From the NCBI RefSeq assembly GCF_963921235.1, contig NC_086097.1:174470001-174534000 (forward strand): DNA of 64,000 nt, written 5' to 3'. The stretch is from Mobula hypostoma. Taxonomy: Eukaryota. A program made the translations under genes and the position numbers. The notes under the pieces are model-generated. The model saw only the letters and a program-made list of their open reading frames with translations. It had not been told where the DNA came from and made no database searches. Positions 25,521 to 38,690 of this stretch are shown here, piece after piece (position 1 is the stretch's first letter; every line of letters begins with the position of its first letter).

Positions 25521-27851
25521 TACTTTACTTTTACTTTATTACTTTATTGTCGCCAAACAATTGATACTGAAGTGTACAATCATCACAGCAATATTTGATT
25601 CTGTGCTTCGCGCTCCCTGGAGTACAAATTGATAGTAAATATAATAAAAATTTAAATTATAAATCATAAGTAGAAAATGGAAAGTAAGGTAGTGCAAAAA
25701 AAAACGACAGGCAGGTCCGGATATTTGGAGGGTACAGCCCAGAACCGGGACCACTCAAGTAAAGGTAAATGATGAAAGGTCTGTAGATTCTAAAGGATTC
25801 TTAATACATAGATAGGTGTAGACCGTACTTCTTAGGTAATGTGTCACTACATTTAAACAAAGTTACACATTCAAGGATATCCATTGTATCAGAAAGACAA
25901 GCGGGGGCAGAAGGGGTGGCTCTGTAAAAAAATGAAATTAAATCCTTAGAAAACAGTAACAGTAGAGATGTAGAATCATTGTGGGTAGAGTTAGAAAACT
26001 TGAAGGGTGAAAAGACCCTGATGGGCATAATTTACAGGCCTCCGAACAGTAGCCAGGACTCCTAGATTACAAGTTATAACAGGAGCTAGAAAAGGCATGT
26101 CAAAAGGGCAATGTTACAATCGTCATGGGGCTTTTCAATATGCAGGTTGATTGGGAAAATCAGGTTGGTGCTGGATCCCAAAAGAGAGAATTTGTAAATG
26201 CCTACAACTTGACTGTTTAGAGCAGCTTGTGGTTAATCAGCTATTCTGGATTGGGTGTTGTTGTAATGAACCAGATTTGATTCGAGAACTTAAGCTAAAG
26301 GAACCTTTAGGAGGTAGTGATCAGAATATGAAAGAATTCACCCTGCAATTTAAGAAGGAGAAGCTAAAATTAGATGTATCAGTATTACACTGGAGTAAAG
26401 GGAATTACAGAGGCTTGAGAGAGGAGTTGGCCAAAGCTGGTTGGAAGGGGACACAAACGGTGAGGGTGACAGATCAGCAATGGCGTTTTTTTTTTGGGAA
26501 AAATTCAGAAGGCGCAGGATAGATACATCCCAAAGAAGTAATATTCTAAAGGCAAGATGATGCAACCATGGCTGACAAGGGAAGTCAAAGCCAACATAAA
26601 AGCAAAAGAGTGGGGACATATAATCGACCAAAAATTATGGGAAGTTAGAGGATTGGGAATTTTAAAAAAATCAACAGAAGACATCAATAAAGCCATAAGA
26701 CGGATAAAGATGAAATATGAAGGTATGCTAGCCAACAATGTCAAAGAGGATACCAAAAGTTTTTTTCAGATATATGGAGTAAAATAGAGGGGAGAGTAGA
26801 TATTGGACCACTGGAATATGATGCTGGAGAGGTAGTAATGGGGGACAAGGAAATAGTGGATGAAATGAATAAGTATTTTACATCAGTCTTCACTGTGGAA
26901 GATAGCAGTATGCTGGAAGATTGGGAGTGTCAGGAGGCAGGAGTGAGTGCAGTTGCAATGACTGAGGAGAAGATGCTTGAGAAACTGAAGAAGTCATCAC
27001 CCTGACACAGAAAACAACTTCTCAATGTTACAAAGACAAAGGAGCTGGTTGTGGACTATAGGAGAAATGGAGGCAGGCTAGCCCTTGTTGACATCAGTGG
27101 ATCTGGGGTTAAGAGGGTGAACAGCTTTAAGTTCCTTGGTATAAACATCACCGAGGATCTCACTTGCTCTGCACATAGCGGTTGTGTAGTGAAAATGGCA
27201 CAACAACGCCTCTTTCACCTCAGACGGTTGAAGAAGTTAGGTATGGGCCCCCAAATCCTAAGAACTTTCTACATGGGGCACAACTGAGAGCATCTCGACT
27301 GGCTGCGTCACTGCCTGGTATGGGAACTGTACTTCCCTCAATTGCAGGATTCTGCAGAGAGTGGTGCGGACAGCCCAGCACATCTGTAAATGTGAACTTC
27401 CCACTATTCAGGATATTTACAAAGACAGGGGTGTAAGAAGGGCCGGGACCCAAGTCACCCAACCACAAACTGTTCCAGCTGCTATCATCCAGGAAATGGC
27501 ACCGCAGCATAAAAGCCAGGACCAACAGGCTCCAGGACACCTTCTTCCAGCAGGTCATCAGACTGCTTAATTAATGTTGATGCAACTGTATTTCTATGTT
27601 ATAATGATTATCCTGTTGTTTGTCATATTTATTATAAATTGCACATTAAACATTTAAGCGGAGACATAACGTAAAGATTTTTACTCCTCATATGGTAGAT
27701 CGTGTTTAACGAATCTTGTAGAGTTTTTCGAGGAGGTTACCAAGAAAGTAGATGAAGGAAAGGCTGTGGATGTTGTCTACAGGGAATTTAGTTAGGCCTT
27801 TGACAAGGTCCCACGTGGGAGGTTAGTTCAGAAGGTTCAGACACTCGGTAT

Positions 27852-30800
27852 TCGAAGAAGGAAGTCTGAGAATCGGAGCGGGAGTGCGGAGGAAGCCATT
27901 TTTGAATTTTTCGTTTTTTTTCCCATTGGCGTTCAGAGAGGCAGGACTGCGCAGGCGTGTGACGTCGGGCAGTGAAGCGCGGGAGATTTAAAAGGAACAG
28001 AGCCTTATACAGTGGGCAGCGTCGTTTGCGGGCTGCGGAGTGAGCCGGGAGCAGAGTGAAGGCTTAAGGGCTTTGGCTTACCGGGCTTAGGTGGAAACAG
28101 GCGAGGCGAGGAAGGTTTGGTATTCATTTTTTGTTGTTATTTGAGGAGAGGGGCAGTATGAGTGTGAAGGCAGTTTGTTGTTCTCAGTGCCGGATGCGGG
28201 TGGCTCTGGAGTCTTGAAGCCTCCCGGACATCCATATCTGTGCCAGGTGCGCCGAGATGCAGCTCCTAAGGGACCGCATTAGGGAACTGGAGCTGCAGCT
28301 CGATGACCTTCGTCTGCTCAGGGAGAGTGAGGAATTGATAGAGAGGAGTTACAGGCAGGTGGTCACACCGGGGCCACGGGAGGCAGACAAGTGGGTCACG
28401 GCTAGGAGAGGGAAGGGGAAGAGTCAGGTAATAGAGAGTACCCCGGTGGCTGTGCCCCTTAACAATAGGTACTCCTGTTTGAGTACTGTTGGGGGGGGGA
28501 TCAGCTTACCTGGGGGAAGCGACAGTGGCCGTGCCTCCGGCACAGAGTCCGGCCCTGTAGCTCAGAAGGGTAGAGAAAGGAAGAGGAGGGCAGTTGTAAT
28601 AGGGGACTCGATAGTAAGGGGGTCAGATAGGCGATTCTGTGGACGCAGTCCGGAGACCCAGATGGTAGTTTGCCTCCCTGGTGCCAGGGTCCGGGATATT
28701 TCTGATTGCGTCCAAGATATCCTGAAGTGGGAGGGTGAGGAGCCAGAGGTCGTGGTACATATAGGTACCAATGACATAGGTAGGAAAAGGGAAGAGGTCC
28801 TGGAAGGAGAATATAGGGAGTTAGGAAGGGAGTTGAGAAAAAGGACCACAAAGGTAGTAATCTCGGGATTACTGCCTGTGCCACGCGACAGTGAGAGTAG
28901 GAATGCAGTGAAGTGGAGGATAAATGCGTGGCTGAGTGATTGGAGCAGCGGGCAGGGATTCAAGTTTTTGGATCATTGAGACCTCTTTTGGCGCAGGCGT
29001 GACCTGTACGAAAAGGACGGGTTACACTTGAATCCTAGGGGGACCAATATCCTCTCGGGGAGATTTGCGAGGGCTCCTGAGGTGACCTTAAACTAGAATG
29101 GTTGGGGTTGAGAATCAAATTAAAGAGACTAGGAGAGAGGAGGTTAGTTCACAACAGGGGGATGGGAACCAGTGCAGAGAGACAGAGGGGCGTAAAATGA
29201 GGGTAGAAGCAAAAAGTAGTAAGGTGAAAAGTAAAAGTGGCAGGCCGGCAAATCCAGGGCAAAAATCAAAAAGGGCCACTTTTCAACATAATTGTATAGG
29301 GCTAAGAGAGTTGTAAAAGAGCGCCTGAAGGCTTTGTGTGTCAATGCAAGGAGCATTCGTAATAAGGTGGATGAATTAAAAGTGCAGATTGTTATTAATG
29401 AATATGATATAGTTGGGATCACAGAGACATGGCTCCAGGGTGACCAAGGATGGGAGCTCAACATTCAGGGATATTCAATATTCAAGAGGGATAGACAGGA
29501 AAGAAAAGGAGGTGGGGTAGCATTGCTGGTTAGAGAGGAGATTAATGCAATAGAAAGGAAGGACATTAGCCGGGAGGATGTGGAATCGATATGGGTAGAG
29601 CTGCATAACACTAAGGGGCAGAAAACGCTGGTGGGAGTTGTGTACAGGCCACATAACAGTAGTAGTGAGGTTGGGGATGGTATTAAACAGGAAATTAGAA
29701 ATGTGTGCAATAAAGGAACAGCAGTTATAATGGATGACTTCAATCTACATATAGATTGGGTGAACCAAATTGGTAAGGGTGCTGAGGAAGAGGATTTCTT
29801 GGAATGTATGCGGGATGGTTTTTTGAACCAACATGTCGAGGAACCAACTAGAGAGCAGGCTGTTCTAGACTGGTTATTGAGCAATGAGAAAGGGTTAATT
29901 AGCAATCTTGTCATGAGAGGCCCCTTGGGTAAGAGTGACCATAATATGGTGGAATTCTTCATTAAGATGGAGAGTGACATAGTTAATTCAGAAACAAAGG
30001 TTCTGAACTTAAAGAAGGGTAACTTTGAAGGTATGAGACGTGAATTAGCTAAGATAGACTGGCAAATGACACTTAAAGGGTTGACGGTGGATATGCAATG
30101 GCAAGCATTTAAAGATCGTATGGATGAACTACAACAATTGTTCATCCCAGTTTGGCAAAAGAATAAATCAAGGAAGGTAGTACACCTGTGGCTGACAAGG
30201 GAAATTAGGGATAGTATCAATTCCAAAGAAGAAGCATACAAATTAGCCAGAAAAAGTGGCTCACCTGAGGACTGGGAGAAATTCAGAGTTCAGTGGAGGA
30301 GGACAAAGGGCTTAATTAGGAAGGGGAAAAAAGATTATGAGAGAAAGCTGGCAGGGAACATAAAAACTGACCGTAAAAGCTTTTATAGATATGTGAAAAG
30401 AAGAAGATTGGTAAAGACAAATGTAGGTCCCCTGCAGACAGAAACAGGTGAATTGATTATGGGGAGCAAGGACATGGCAGACCAATTGAATAATTACTTT
30501 GGTTCTGTCTTCACTAAGGAGGACATAAATAATCTTCTGGAAATAGTAGGGGACAGAGGGTCCAGTGAGATGGAGGAACTGAGGGAAATACATGTTAGTA
30601 GGGAAGTGGTGTTAGGTAAATTGAAGGGATTAAAGGCAGATAAATCCCCAGGGCCAGATGGTCTGCATCCCAGAGTGCTTAAGGAAGTAGCCCAAGAAAT
30701 AGTGGATGCATTAGTGATAATTTTTCAAAACTCTTTATATTCTGGACTAGTTCCTGAGGATTGGAGGGTGGCTAATGTAACCCCACTTTTTAAAAAAGGA

Positions 30801-32216
30801 GGGAGGGAGAGAGAAACCGGGGAATTATAGCCTGACATCGGTGGTGGGGAAAATGCTAGAGTCAGTTATCAAAGGTGTGATAACAGCACATTTGGAAAGC
30901 GGTGAAATCATTGGACAAAGTCAGCATGGATTTGTGAAAGGAAAATCATGTCTGACGAATCTCATAGAATTTTTTGAGGATGTAACTAGTAGAGTGGATG
31001 GGGAGAACCAGTTGATGTGGTATATTTGGATTTTCAAAAGGCTTTTGACAAGGTCCCACACAGGAGATTAGTGTGCAAACTTAAAGCACACGGTATTGGG
31101 GGTAAGGTATTGATGTGGATAGAGAATTGGTTGGCAGACAGGAAGCAAAGAGTGGGAATAAACAGGACCTTTTCAGAATAGCAGGCAGTGACTAGTGGGG
31201 TACCGCAAGGCTCAGTGCTGGGACCCTAGTTGTTTACAATATATATTAATGACTTGGATGAGAGAATTAAATGCAGCATCTCCAAGTTTGCAGATGACAC
31301 GAAGCTGGGCGGCAGTGTTAGCTGTGAGGAGGATGCTAAGAGGATGCAGGGTGACTTGGATAGGTTAGGTGAGTGGGCAAATTCATGGCAGATGCAATTT
31401 AATGTGGATAAATGTGAGGTTATCCACTTTGGTGGCAAAAACAGGAAAAGAGATTATTATCGGAATGGTGGCCGATTAGGAGAAGGGGAGGTGCAACGAG
31501 ACCTGGGTGTCATTATACACCAGTCATTGAAAGTGGGCATGCAGGTACAGCAGGCAGTGAAAAAGGCGAATGGTATGCTAGCATTTATAGCAAGAGGATT
31601 CGAGTACAGGAGCAGGGAGGTACTACTGCAGTTGTACAAGGCCTTGGTGAGACCACACCTGGAGTATTGTGTGCAGTTTTGGTCCCCTAATCTGAGGAAA
31701 GACATCCTTGCCATAGAGGGAGTACAAAGAAGGTTCACCAGATTGATTCCTGGGATGGCAGGACTTTCATATGATGAAAGATTGGATGAACTAGGCTTAT
31801 ACTCGTTGGAATTTAGAAGATTGAGGGGGGATCTTATTGAAATGTATAAAATCCTAAAGGGATTGGACAGGCTAGATGCAGGAAGATTGTTCTCGATGTT
31901 AGGGAAGTCCAGAACGAGGGGTCACAGTTTGAGGATAAAGGGGAAGCCTTTTAGGACCGAGGTGAGGGAAAACTTCTTCACACAGAGAGTGGTGAATCTG
32001 TGGAATTCTCTGCCACAGGAAACAGTTGAGGCCAGTTCATTGGCTATATTTAAGAGGGAGTTAGATATGGCCCTTGTGGCTAAAGGGATCAGGGCGTATG
32101 GAGGGAAGGCTGGTACAGGGTTCTGAGTTGGATGATCAGCCATGATCATACTGAATGGCGGTGCAGGCTCGAAGGGCTGAATGGCCTACTCCTGCACCTA
32201 TTTTCTATGTTTCTAT
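27852..32216 (+). mobile_element. Full-length CR1 LINE (5' UTR, ORF1 zinc finger + SGNH esterase, ORF2 APE-RT), disabled
   Basis: ORF1 from ATG 28158 (CSQC...CARC, GDSIVRG, HIGTND) with stops. ORF2 pieces 29292-30830, 30841-31071 and 31230-32126 (KFADD). GTAT duplication at 27848 and 32217. Confidence 0.95.
27880..28000 (+). promoter_or_regulatory. CpG-rich putative internal promoter of the full-length CR1
   Basis: YY1-like GCCATTTT (27895), ATTGG (27925), NRF1-like TGCGCAGGCGT (27948), CRE-like TGACGTCG (27960), TATA-like ATTTAAAA (27986). Confidence 0.5.
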
Positions 32217-34200
32217 GTATCCATGGAGAGGTTGTAAACTGGATTCAAAATTGGCTGTGTGGGAGAAGACAGCGAATGGTAGTGGATGGTTGCTTACTTT
32301 AACTCTAAGCCTGTGACTAGTGGTGTGCCTCAAGGATTTGTGCTGGGACCATTGTTGTTTGTTGTCTATATCAATGATCTAGATAATAATGTGGTAAATT
32401 GGTTCAGCAAATTTGCTAATGACACTAAGATTGGAGGTGTTGTGCACAGCGAGGAAGGCTTTCAAAGCTTGCAGAGGGATCTGGACCAACTGGAGGGGTG
32501 GGCCAGAAAGTGGCAGATGGAATTTAATGCAAACAAGTGTGAGGTGTTGTATTTTGGAAGGACAAATCAAGGTAGGTCATACACAGTAAATGGTAGGGCC
32601 CTGAGGAGTGCGGAGGAACAAAGAGATCTGGGAGTTCAGATACATAATTCCCTGAAAGTGGTATCACAGGTAGACAGGGTTGTAAAGACTTTTGGCATCC
32701 TGGCATTCTTAAATCAAAGTATTAGGTACAAGAGTTGGGATGTTATGGGGAGGTTGTATAAAACATTGGTGAGGCCAAATTTGGAGTATTCTGTACAGTT
32801 CTAGTCACCTAACTATAGGAAGGATATCAGTAAGATTGTAAGAGTGCAGAGAAGATTTACTAGGATGTTGCCGGGTCTTCAGGGGTTGAGTTACAGGGAA
32901 AGATTGAACAGGTTAGGACTTTATTCCTTGGAGTGTAGAAGACTGAGGAGAGATTTGATAGAGGTTTACAAAATTATGAGGGATATAGACAGAGTAAATG
33001 TGAATAGCCTCTTTCCACTTAGATTAGGAGAGATAAATATGAGAGAATATGGCTTTAGAGTGAAAGGGGGAAGGTTTAGGGGGAACATTAGGGGGAGCTT
33101 CTTCACTCAGAGAGTGGTGGGAGTGTGGAATGAATTGCCATCTGACGTGGTAATTGCGGGCTCACTATTAAGTTTTAAGAATAAATTGGATAGGTACATG
33201 GATGGGAGAGGTCTGGAGGGTTATGGACTGGATGCAGGTCAATGGGACTAGCGGAATAATGTTTTGGTACAGACTAGAGGGGCCGAATGGCCTTTTTTCT
33301 GTGCTGTAGTGTTCTATGGTTCTATGTATATGAAAGATGTAAGTAATAAAATCAATTCAATTCAATTCAAAAGTCTGAAGGTGATAAGTCACCTGGACCA
33401 GATGGACTATAGCTCAGGGTTCAGAAATAGGTACGGTAGCTGAAGAGATTGTGGACGCATTGGTAATGATCTTTCAAGAATCACTAGATTCTGCGGTAGT
33501 TCCAGAGGATAGGAAAATTGCATATGGCACTCCAGTCTTCAAGAAAGAAGAGAGGAAATTATAGGTCAGTTAGCTGACTTCAGTGGTTGAGAAGATTCTG
33601 TTGATTGTTAAATATGAGGTATCTGCGTGCTTGGAGGCACATCATAAAATAGGTCGTAGTCAGCATGGTTTCCTTCAAAAAAAATCTTGCCTGACAAATG
33701 TGTTGGGATTCTTTGAGGAAACAGGCAAGATAGACAATGGAGAATTGGTGGATGTCATGTACTTGGATTTTCAGAAGGCCTTTGACAAAGTTCCACGCAT
33801 GATGCTGTTTAACAAGATAGGAGCCCATGGTATTATAGGAAAGATAATAGCATGGATAGAGCATTGGCTAATTGGCAGGAGGCAAAGAATGGGATTAAAG
33901 GGAGTCTTTTCTGATTGGCTGCTGGTGACGAGAGCTGTTCTGCAGGGGTTGGTGTTGGGACTGCTTTTTTACATTATATGTCAGTGATTTGGATAATGGT
34001 ATTGATGGCTTTGTGGCCAAGTGTATGGACTGTATGAAGGTAAGTGGAAATTCAGGTAATATTGAAGAAACAGAAAGGCTGTGGAAGGACTTGGAGAAAT
34101 TAGGAGAATGGTCAAAGAAGTGGCAAATGGAATAAGTGTCAGGAAGGGTATGGTCATGCATTTTGGGAAAAGGAATAATCGTAGAAAAAAAATCAATCTT

Positions 34201-34924
34201 CCATAAGACCATAAGACATAGGAGCAGAATTAAGCCATCTGGCCCATCGAGTCTGCTCCGCCGTTCAATCATGGCTGATCCTTTTTCTTAAAATCTCCTC
34301 CTCAACCCCAGTTCCCGGCCTTCTCTCTGTAACCTTTGATGCCATGTCCAATCAAGAACCTATCAATCTCTGCCTTAAGTACACCCAATGACCTGGCCTC
34401 TGTAGCTGCATGTGGCAATAAATTCCACAAATTCACCACCCTTTGGCTAAAGAAATTTATCCGCATTTCTGTTTAGAAAGGGCGCCCTTCTCTCCTGGGA
34501 CTGTGCCCTCTTGACCTAGACTCTCCCACTATGGGAAACATCCTTTCCATATCTACTCTGTCTAGGCCTTTCAACATTCAAAAGGTTTTATTGAGATCCC
34601 TCCCTCCTTCTGTAATCCAGTGAGTACAGGCCCAGAGCCATCAAATGTTCCTTGCATGATGACCCTTTCATTCCTGGAGCCATCCTTGTGAACCTTCTCT
34701 GGACCGTGTCCAATGCCAGAACATCTTTTCTAAGATGAGGGGCCCAAAACGGTTCACAGTACTGAAGGTGAGGCCTCGCCAGTGCCTTATCAAGCCTCAA
34801 CATCAAATCCTTGCTCTTGTATTCTAGTCCTCTTGAAATGAATAGCAACATGGCGTTTGCCTTCCTCGCCACTGACTCAATCTGCAAGTTAACTTTTAGG
34901 GTGTTCTGCACAAGGAATTCCAAG
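34201..34924 (-). mobile_element. 5'-truncated CR1 inserted in inverted orientation into the older CR1
   Basis: CCATAAGACCATAAGAC tail at 34201; minus-strand ARKANAML, ARPHLQYC, VQRRFTRM. Confidence 0.9.
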
Positions 34925-35207
34925 GTGCAACTGGTCTTGGGAGTCCTCATGCAGGATTCTCTAAAGGTTAATTTGCAAGTTGAATCAGTGGTGAGGAAGG
35001 AGAATGCAATGCCAGCATTCATTTCAACAGGACTAGAATGTAAAAGCAAGGATGTAATGCAGAGACTTTATAAGGCACTGGTGAAGCCTCACTTGGAGCA
35101 TTGTGAGCATTTTTTGGACCCTTATTTAAAAAAGGATATGCTGATGTTGGAGAGGGTTCAGACGAGGTTCGCAAAAATGATTCCAGGAATGAAAGACTTT
35201 TTATTTG

Positions 35208-35341
35208 ACAAACGAGAAAATCTGCAAATGTTGAAAATTCAAGCAACACCCACAAAGTGCTGGAGGAACTCAGCAGGCCAGGCTGCATTTATCGAAAAAA
35301 GTACAGTCAACGTTTCGGGCCGAGACCCTTTGGCAGGACTA
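35208..35341 (-). mobile_element. Penelope-like terminal-repeat fragment inside CR1
   Basis: GAAAATCTGCAAATG...GCTGGAGGAACTCAGCAGG...CGTTTCGGGCCGAGACCCTT. Confidence 0.8.
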
Positions 35342-37139
35342 GGGTTTTCATTTGAGGAGTGTTTGATGGCTGTGGGCCTTTACTCATTGGAATTTAGAAG
35401 AATGAGGGGGAATGTCATAGAAACCTACAGTGTCTAATGTTGAAAGGCCTAGATAGAGAGGGATGTGGAAAGGATGTTTGCTATGGTGGGGAAGTCTAGG
35501 ACCAGAGGACACAGCCTCAGGATAGAGGGACGTCCACAGAATGGAGGTGAGGAATTTCTTTAGCCAGAGGGTGGTGAATCTGTGGAATTTGTTGGCACAG
35601 GCGGCCATGGAGACTAGGTGATTAGGGTGTATTTAAGGTGGAGGTTGATATGTTTTCTTAAGTAGTCAGGGTATGAAAGTGTATGGGGAGAAGGCAGGAG
35701 AATGGGGTTGAGAGGGAAATGGATCAGCCATGATGGAATGGTGGAGCAGACTCAATGGGCCAAATGGCTTAATTCTACTCGTATGTCTTATGGTCTTATG
35801 GTTCGATTTATCTAGCGTGATTGAAAACTTTATGCGTTTAATTGTTAATTGTTGTTGAAACGCTTAAATCCTTGATTTGAGTCAAACAAAATGATTGTTC
35901 ATTTGGCGTAAGTGATCGCATTTGTATACTGGAATTTAGAGGATGGCCTCCATGTTGATTATATAACTTCGCTAATAAGTAGATTTATATTGGTTAAAAC
36001 TGGCACTTGTGAGAAGATGAAGTCAAATCAAAGAGTATTAGAAAAACTCAAAGAGCTTCATTTACCTAATATTGATTTTTTGCTTTCAAATGCACCAAGT
36101 TTGAAATTACTACAAAATGAGGATAAATGTTTTCTTGCATGTTTTTAGCAAGCTGTTTTTCACACAAAAGGGAGATTCTTACATAATGAAAAATAACTTT
36201 CATTTAATCACACTGTGGCATCTGCCCAAAAGTGGATTCCATTAAAAGACATCCTCACTGTCTAATTGGGAAGAAATGAATAGATGTATCCTGAAATTAT
36301 TGTTGCACACATGATGAGTAACTAAGAAGATGAGAGTGTATTCTGACAAAATGGCATGTTTTGATAGCTGTACTCCGCTGCTGTGGTAATTGTACAGGTT
36401 GTTTTAATTAAGAAAAATTACAAGCAGAGGACTCTACAGAAGGTTAATTCCAATATCAAAGTTTAAATGTTAGTTTAAGCATTACTACACGTGGTTGCTT
36501 TTTTTCCCCTTGATGTGTTTTTTTTTGATGTATGATGTGAATCTAATATTCAGCATGAGCAGCTGCTAAGGAGTGATCCGTTGTTGCCTGGCAGCTTGCA
36601 GGAAACATCTCCAAATATTTATATCGTACCCTCAGAAGGGGAGGCTGGTAATTTCTGCTTTATGTGCAAGCAATGTAGTTTCCATGGTTTTACTTTGAAT
36701 TAGTGCATTGGCTACCATTTACAGTCAGAGTTGCTGAAACAAGCCATGTTCAAATATGGACAATAAGCATTAGTGATTTTTTTTTGAAAACTCATACAAA
36801 TGAGAAAAAACAGCCATGTGTCCTACCTATGTGCTTCTGCAAGTCAACGGGATTTTATCAGAATGCATTTAAACAAAGATCAAGGGGTGCTTTTCAAGCA
36901 CTGAAAGTTTTGCTGACAGTCTCCGACTGGCATGGAGATTCTCTGTGATTGAAAACAACTGCTGAAGTTATCTGCAATTTTCAATCATTTGATGTTAAAA
37001 GGTGGTTCAGAAAGCTACTTGAGTTTCTTCTAAAAATAAAGGACATTAAGAAATGTTGAGCACTATTTGTGTTGTTGTCCTCTATCCGTGTAATATCCCA
37101 AATAGTTCTCACAACTCTCCATGGGTAAATCAACAGCTG

Positions 37140-38690
37140 ATATGAAGGTATCACAAAGATCATGGAATGAGCTGCCAGACGAGGTGGTAAATGCGGGTTC
37201 TTTTTTAACATTTAAGAATAAATTGGACAGATACATAGATGGGAGGTGTATGGAGGGATATGGTCCGTGTGCAGGTCAGTGGGACTAGGCAGAAAATGGT
37301 TCGGCACAGCCAAGAAGGGCCAAAAGGCCTATTTCTGTGCTGTAGTTTCTATGGTTCTATGGTTCTATCATTGTTTTCCTTTGTAAATTCTACAGCCTAA
37401 TTGGGGGTTTTACTGTTTTAAAGCAGGTTGTAGCTATATTTAGTAACTAAGTCTTATAAAAGCAAAACCTTGTGGAAGAAAAATACTGAAAATATTCAGT
37501 TGGTCAGATACTCTCCGTGGAGGAGAATCCAGAGCTGACTTTAGCAACTAATAATCTTTTAATAAAGGTTTTTCTTTCCTCATAATGAAAGCAAGAACCA
37601 GGCTACCTAACCCAAGCTGAATGATAAGCCTTGGTGGGAGCACATTTGGGAATGTCATATGTAGTTTTGGTCATCTTGCTGAAGTAAGGATAAATCGCAG
37701 TAATGGGAGTGTATTAAAACTTCACTGGACTGATTCCTGAGATTCCTGCTGTGTGTGAAGAATTGTATTCACTAGAGTTCAGAAGAAGGAAGAAAGAGAA
37801 AGGATCCATTTGAAACATACAGAGTTCTGTCTGGGCTAGACACACTAGGTGTTACCCTTGGCTAGAGTGTGTAGAATGGTAAGTCACCATTTGCAGGTCC
37901 AAAGATTTACGATTTGTGAAGAGAAATTTCACTGATGAATCCATTACCTTGAGGCTAAGTTATTGAATATATTCAAGAAGAAGATGGATAAATTTTGAGA
38001 CATAAAAGTCATCAAGGTATATGAGGAGGGAGAGTGGGAATATGTAATAAGATTGATGGTCATCATAACAACATTGAATGTGCAGCTGTTTAAAACTCTG
38101 GCTGGACCAACATTTTTTCAGTACTTATTGTCTCACTATAGGAAGGGTGAACTTCAGAGAGGATGCAGAGGAGATTTGCCAGGATGCTGAGTGGGTTAGA
38201 GAGCATGTCTTATGAGGAAAGGTTGAGCAAGCTAGGACTTTTCTGTTTGGAATGAAGGGGGATGAGAGAAGGTTGATAGAGTTGTATAAGATAATGAGGC
38301 ATTATAGAGTGGACTGTCAGCACCTTTTTCTCAGGGTGGTAAAAGAGGGCATACTTTTAAGGTGATTGGAGCAAAGTATCGGGGGTAATATCAGAGGTAA
38401 GTTTTTTACACAGCGTGTGGTAAGTGCATGGAGCGCATGGCTGAGGTTGCTGGTAGAGGCAGATACATTAGGGACATTTAAGGGTCTCTTACATCAGCAC
38501 ATGGATGAAAGAAAATCAGAGGGCTACGTGAGAGGGAAGGATTAGATTGATCTTGGAGTAGGTTAGAATTTGGTACAACATCATGGGTTGAAGGGCCTGT
38601 ATTGTACTGTTCTATGTTCTTTGAAGGGCAGAGCAGGCTCAAGGGGCAAATGGTCAATACACCATATCATATTCTATGTTCCTCTGAAAC
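37140..38690 (+). mobile_element. Cluster of CR1 3' fragments (~37140-37370, 37620-38070, 38080-38690)
   Basis: TGGAATGAGCTGCCA, GAGGAGATTT...AGGATG and TTCTATG tails. Confidence 0.75.

Larger units (their letters stand above)
27693..33324 (+). mobile_element. 5'-truncated CR1 (27693-27851 and 32217-33324) split by a full-length CR1
   Basis: GRSCLTNL...AFDKVP...LG|IHGEV... continues across the insertion; TTCTATGG tail. Confidence 0.85.
26990..33370 (+). mobile_element. Rex/L2-like LINE 3' part (26990-27692 and 33325-33370) split by CR1
   Basis: KTKELVVDY, FKFLG and AQQRLFHLRRL motifs. The tail resumes at 33325 with AATAAA and (AATTC)n. Confidence 0.85.
25750..35802 (+). mobile_element. Old CR1 ORF2, outer layer of a nest (pieces 25750-26989, 33371-34200, 34925-35802)
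   Basis: EN-RT motifs are collinear across the gaps: ...GAGAAACTGAA|AAGTCTGAAGG... and ...AAATCAATCT|...GTGCAA...CTTGGGAGTCC. Tail TATGGTCTTATGG at ~35801. Confidence 0.85.

Noticed and set aside
29465..30241. Long antisense ORFs over CR1 (also 19460-19852 and 17751-18296)
   Set aside because: Shadow frames of LINE coding sequence.
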